From: Strigamia acuminata
Taxonomy: Eukaryota
Reading direction: 5' to 3'
Assembly: GCA_949358305.1 (NCBI GenBank)
Contig: OX442314.1
Span: forward strand, 30,256,001 to 30,320,000
Length of the DNA stretch: 64,000 bases
Shown here piece after piece: positions 60,701-64,000 of the stretch (positions within the stretch are counted from its first letter, which is position 1; each line of letters begins with the position of its first letter). The position numbers were made by a program, and so were the translations under genes. The notes beneath the pieces are model-generated. The model was not told where the DNA came from and did no database searches. It saw only the letters and a list, made by a program, of their open reading frames with translations.

Positions 60701-61575
60701 GAGAAAAAAAAATATTAAAACATCATTTTTAAAAACTTCAAAACAAAAAAAATAAAACATTTTCAGAGTTTTAGAAAATGCAGATGTACGTTTTTATTGT
60801 TATTTCAGATGAAATAAAGTTCTTTGTGATCGCTGTTCATAATATGTTCTTTGATTTGAAAACCGAAAGAATTATCATGCCGACATAAGCAAAGGCCAAC
60901 TACATCTGCTGTAAAAGGGCCCCAAATTTCTAAAAGGCCTATTTCAGTTGACTATCGTAGTATTTTAAATAAATTTTCACTTTCTGTTGTAATGCGTATA
61001 ACTTATATTTTTGAATTTCGCGCTCGAGTACAAAGTAAACGAGCGAGCGCGCTTTAAAACCATTTACGAAAACCACCATCAGAGCGACTCGCGGAAAGCA
61101 GAATTGGTGCAAATGGTGCACTTTTTAAAGAACCAGATGGAACTACCTCATTTATTCAACCTCTACACGCATATTCTATGTTATCGGCCAGAAAATCTAT
61201 GTAAATATACGCTCTATCAGCAAAAACAGCCCTAACCCACTTAAACGCATAAAACCAAACCAAAAATGGCGTAATCTACGACGCTTCCGCCTTACCATCC
61301 GCAGCAGCTGACACGTTGACTTAACAAGTTGTTGACCTATTTTAACCCAAAAACAACCAAAAAAACCCAATCTAAAACCACTTAAAATTATTCCCACGAT
61401 AAAATCCCTTCAAATCCCTCAAACCAAATTTTTTTAAATAAATAAATGTGAAAAAATTGAAAAAAAAATTGAAAAATCTTCGCCATATTGCGCACAAAAC
61501 CTGTTTGAATGTCATTTAACGAGTTATTAAACGTCTTATTATCTTTCAGGGAAGGAAGAATGATGAGCCATTGTC

Positions 61576-62648
61576 ATGGCAACACTGCAACTCAAGTTAA
61601 AACAAGTTAACTTCGACGCTTCGGATTATCCCGAATACGAATGTGAACTGGAAGATCCCATATCGACCGTAGTGGACGCAAACACTGATTTCCGAGTCGT
61701 TAACGACCACGTTTCTTTGCGTAATTCCTTCGCACCGCACCCAGGTGAACGTCCACAAAGTTATCCGTGCTAATATTTGATTTGTTTTAGATTTTTTATT
61801 CGTTTTTTTAAAAAAAAAAAAATTTTATTTACAAATTTTATTGTTCCCGGTTGTGAAATGGAAGGTTCCTATTGTAAATAAAGCTAAATTGCGTGGAACA
61901 TTGACGTCATATAAAAAAAATCGTCGAGTACCACCTGGGAAAATAGTAAAAGTCTATTGATGAACATCGGGATTGCCGCGACAGATGTGTTGGTTGCAGG
62001 TGGTTTTTCGATCGGTTTTTGCGAAATGAGTAAATTTAAAAGATCTGGTAAAGAGTTTCGTGGTGTTTTGATGAAATTTGTGGTTTTTATTTTGTGTGTT
62101 TTTTATTTTATTTTATTTTATTTTATTTTATTTTTTTTTTTTTAGATTTGAATTGTGAGGAATCTGAAAGCGAAGTTGTGAATTTGAGAAAAAGTTCAAT
62201 CGAAAGTAAAAAAAAAAATTAATAAAAATAAAAAAAAATTGATTAAAATGATGAAATTTGGATTTAATTGAATTTAAGACAATTAATTTTTGTTTTGTTT
62301 TAGGAGATAAGTTTATCGGGTTTGAACTTCCGCAAGTTCATGAGAAATCATCACAGAGGGCTTCCAGTACTTCGAACGGCAATTGCGGCGACCCGTCTTA
62401 CCCTGGGATTTCACCTGACGTAGATTATAATTGTTTTATTTATATTTATATTTAAATTTATATTTATATTTATTTTTATTTTAAGGTTGCCAGATATATA
62501 TATCAAATGAACCCAGATGTTATAACGACGGCCGAAGCTGCGTTGAAGCCGGATTCGAAGAGAACAGCTGAAATCAACATAACCAAATCAAATTTAACAT
62601 GTTTACACAATACTAGCGAAACGTTTGCATTGCAGCAATCAAACATTG
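61576..62648 (+). CDS. Unknown spliced protein, partial; exons ~61576-61744, 62146-62205, 62304-62419, 62487-62648, 3' end not found
   Basis: Four GC-richer blocks with GT-AG boundaries join in frame: MATLQLKLKQ...APHP-DLNCEESE...SIE-RDKFIGF...GISPD-VARYIYQMNPD...QQSNI. Confidence 0.5.
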
Positions 62649-64000
62649 GTATAAAAATTACATTTTTTAAATTTATTTATCAAATTATTGGTGAATCAAG
62701 TCGAATTTTTTGGCTTGTTTAGGCGAATTTTTAATTGTTAGCAAATTTTTGATTCATTCGTTACATTAAGGGAAATTCTTGATTTATTCACGAAATTAAG
62801 CGAATTGATTTTACTTATTTGTTTATTTATTTAATCGATTTATTCATCGAGGTTTTCGATTTATTTATTAAATTAATCTACTTACCGTAAAGCTTCAAAT
62901 TGCCAGTGTTTTATCGAACGTGAACTAATAGTTCTAATAGAACGAAGTTTACGTTCACCATGTTTGATGATGAAAATGTTGCAAAAATGTTAGTTTAAAT
63001 GACGTTTTCATCATCAAAACATTCACTTCACTTCTAATCACTTTTTACAACGATGACAGCCATGAAAGCAATGAAAACGCGATCACATGGTCATGAACAC
63101 GAACTTGAACGAGTTCACAATTTAGTGAACGAGATACAACACTGCAAATTGCGGCCCGATTCATTTAGGGGCTCGGGAACGGGGGTCGCTGGCAATACAC
63201 GCAGTAAACGCCGGGCCCAAAATAAGCATCTGTGGTAATAAAAATCAACGATTTTTATGAAAAAATAAATAAGCACGTCCGAAAAATAAATAAGCGCTGG
63301 GCTGCAATTTGAAGCTTTACGGTATACGTATTTATCAAACTATTCGACTTAATTTATCAAAATTATCGACTTATTTCGGGGCAAACCACTTCCTCGAATC
63401 CCGTTACCTCGAATTTCAAAATTTCAAAATCACAGAAAGTGGAGGTTGTTTCCTCGCTTCTGAAATCTAACCTCGCACTATTTCCTCGACACATCGGAAA
63501 ACTCGCTATTTCCCCCACATCGCCGCAATGATGCCAAATATACAAATTCCAACACCGGTAATCGATTTTTCAGCTCCTTTCCGATGGATTAACCATCCTT
63601 CTACCAATTCTTTTCCCAGATTTTGACAATTCCTCAGAAAATTAATCGAAAAAGACTTTAAAAAAACCAATTCCTTAAGTCAGAATTTGATATCTGACAT
63701 CATCGGAGAAGCATGAACAAAAAATCGAATTTTCCCCGAATAAAAACAAGAAAACTCTATTTTCGGACACGTAAAGAAATTCGATTTAATTGTCAAACTA
63801 ATCGTTTTATTTTTCCAATTTTCCAGGCAGCAGAATGAACCCGACATCGCCCGAACCCGCCAAAACGCCCTCCCCGGCCCCAAAATCCCCGCCTGTAAAT
63901 AACCACAAAAACGGCACCGAAAAAACAACATCTCACGACCCTAGTCACAAAATCCTGCACAAATTCCCACCAGACCGCATAACCACCATCACCGAGCGCA

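Noticed and set aside
63300..64000. Minus-strand coding exon near the right edge
   Set aside because: All frames are interrupted; it may be UTR sequence, but no product can be supported.

Overview
AT-rich, intron-rich eukaryotic genomic DNA, probably an arthropod (interstitial TTAGG tracts, a divergent ionotropic receptor, a cuticle-type Gly/Ser/Tyr protein). The dominant feature is an apparently intact, very young 12.3-kb Ty3/Gypsy LTR retrotransposon (7082-19418). It has 959-bp LTRs with no differences visible by eye, a GTAC target-site duplication, a tRNA-Pro-like PBS, an oversized Gag and a -1 frameshifted Pol. In the env position it carries a non-env, intron-containing third gene with what looks like its own internal promoter; this is the most novel-looking system in the window. 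Around the element lie three effector-less tandem C2H2 zinc-finger paralogs with shuffled finger modules, a NACHT gene running off the left edge, an IR chemoreceptor gene and a LINE endonuclease relic. The right half is a compact host gene region: a secreted Gly/Ser/Tyr-rich protein, OSTC, an intronless BTB protein, MCRIP/FAM195, a short divergent RRM2, an unknown intronless ORF, PCYOX1, CTTNBP2NL/Nausicaa and an unknown spliced gene. Many MITEs and intronic minisatellites are interspersed. All exon boundaries were read by eye and may be off by a few bases; no database searches were run.
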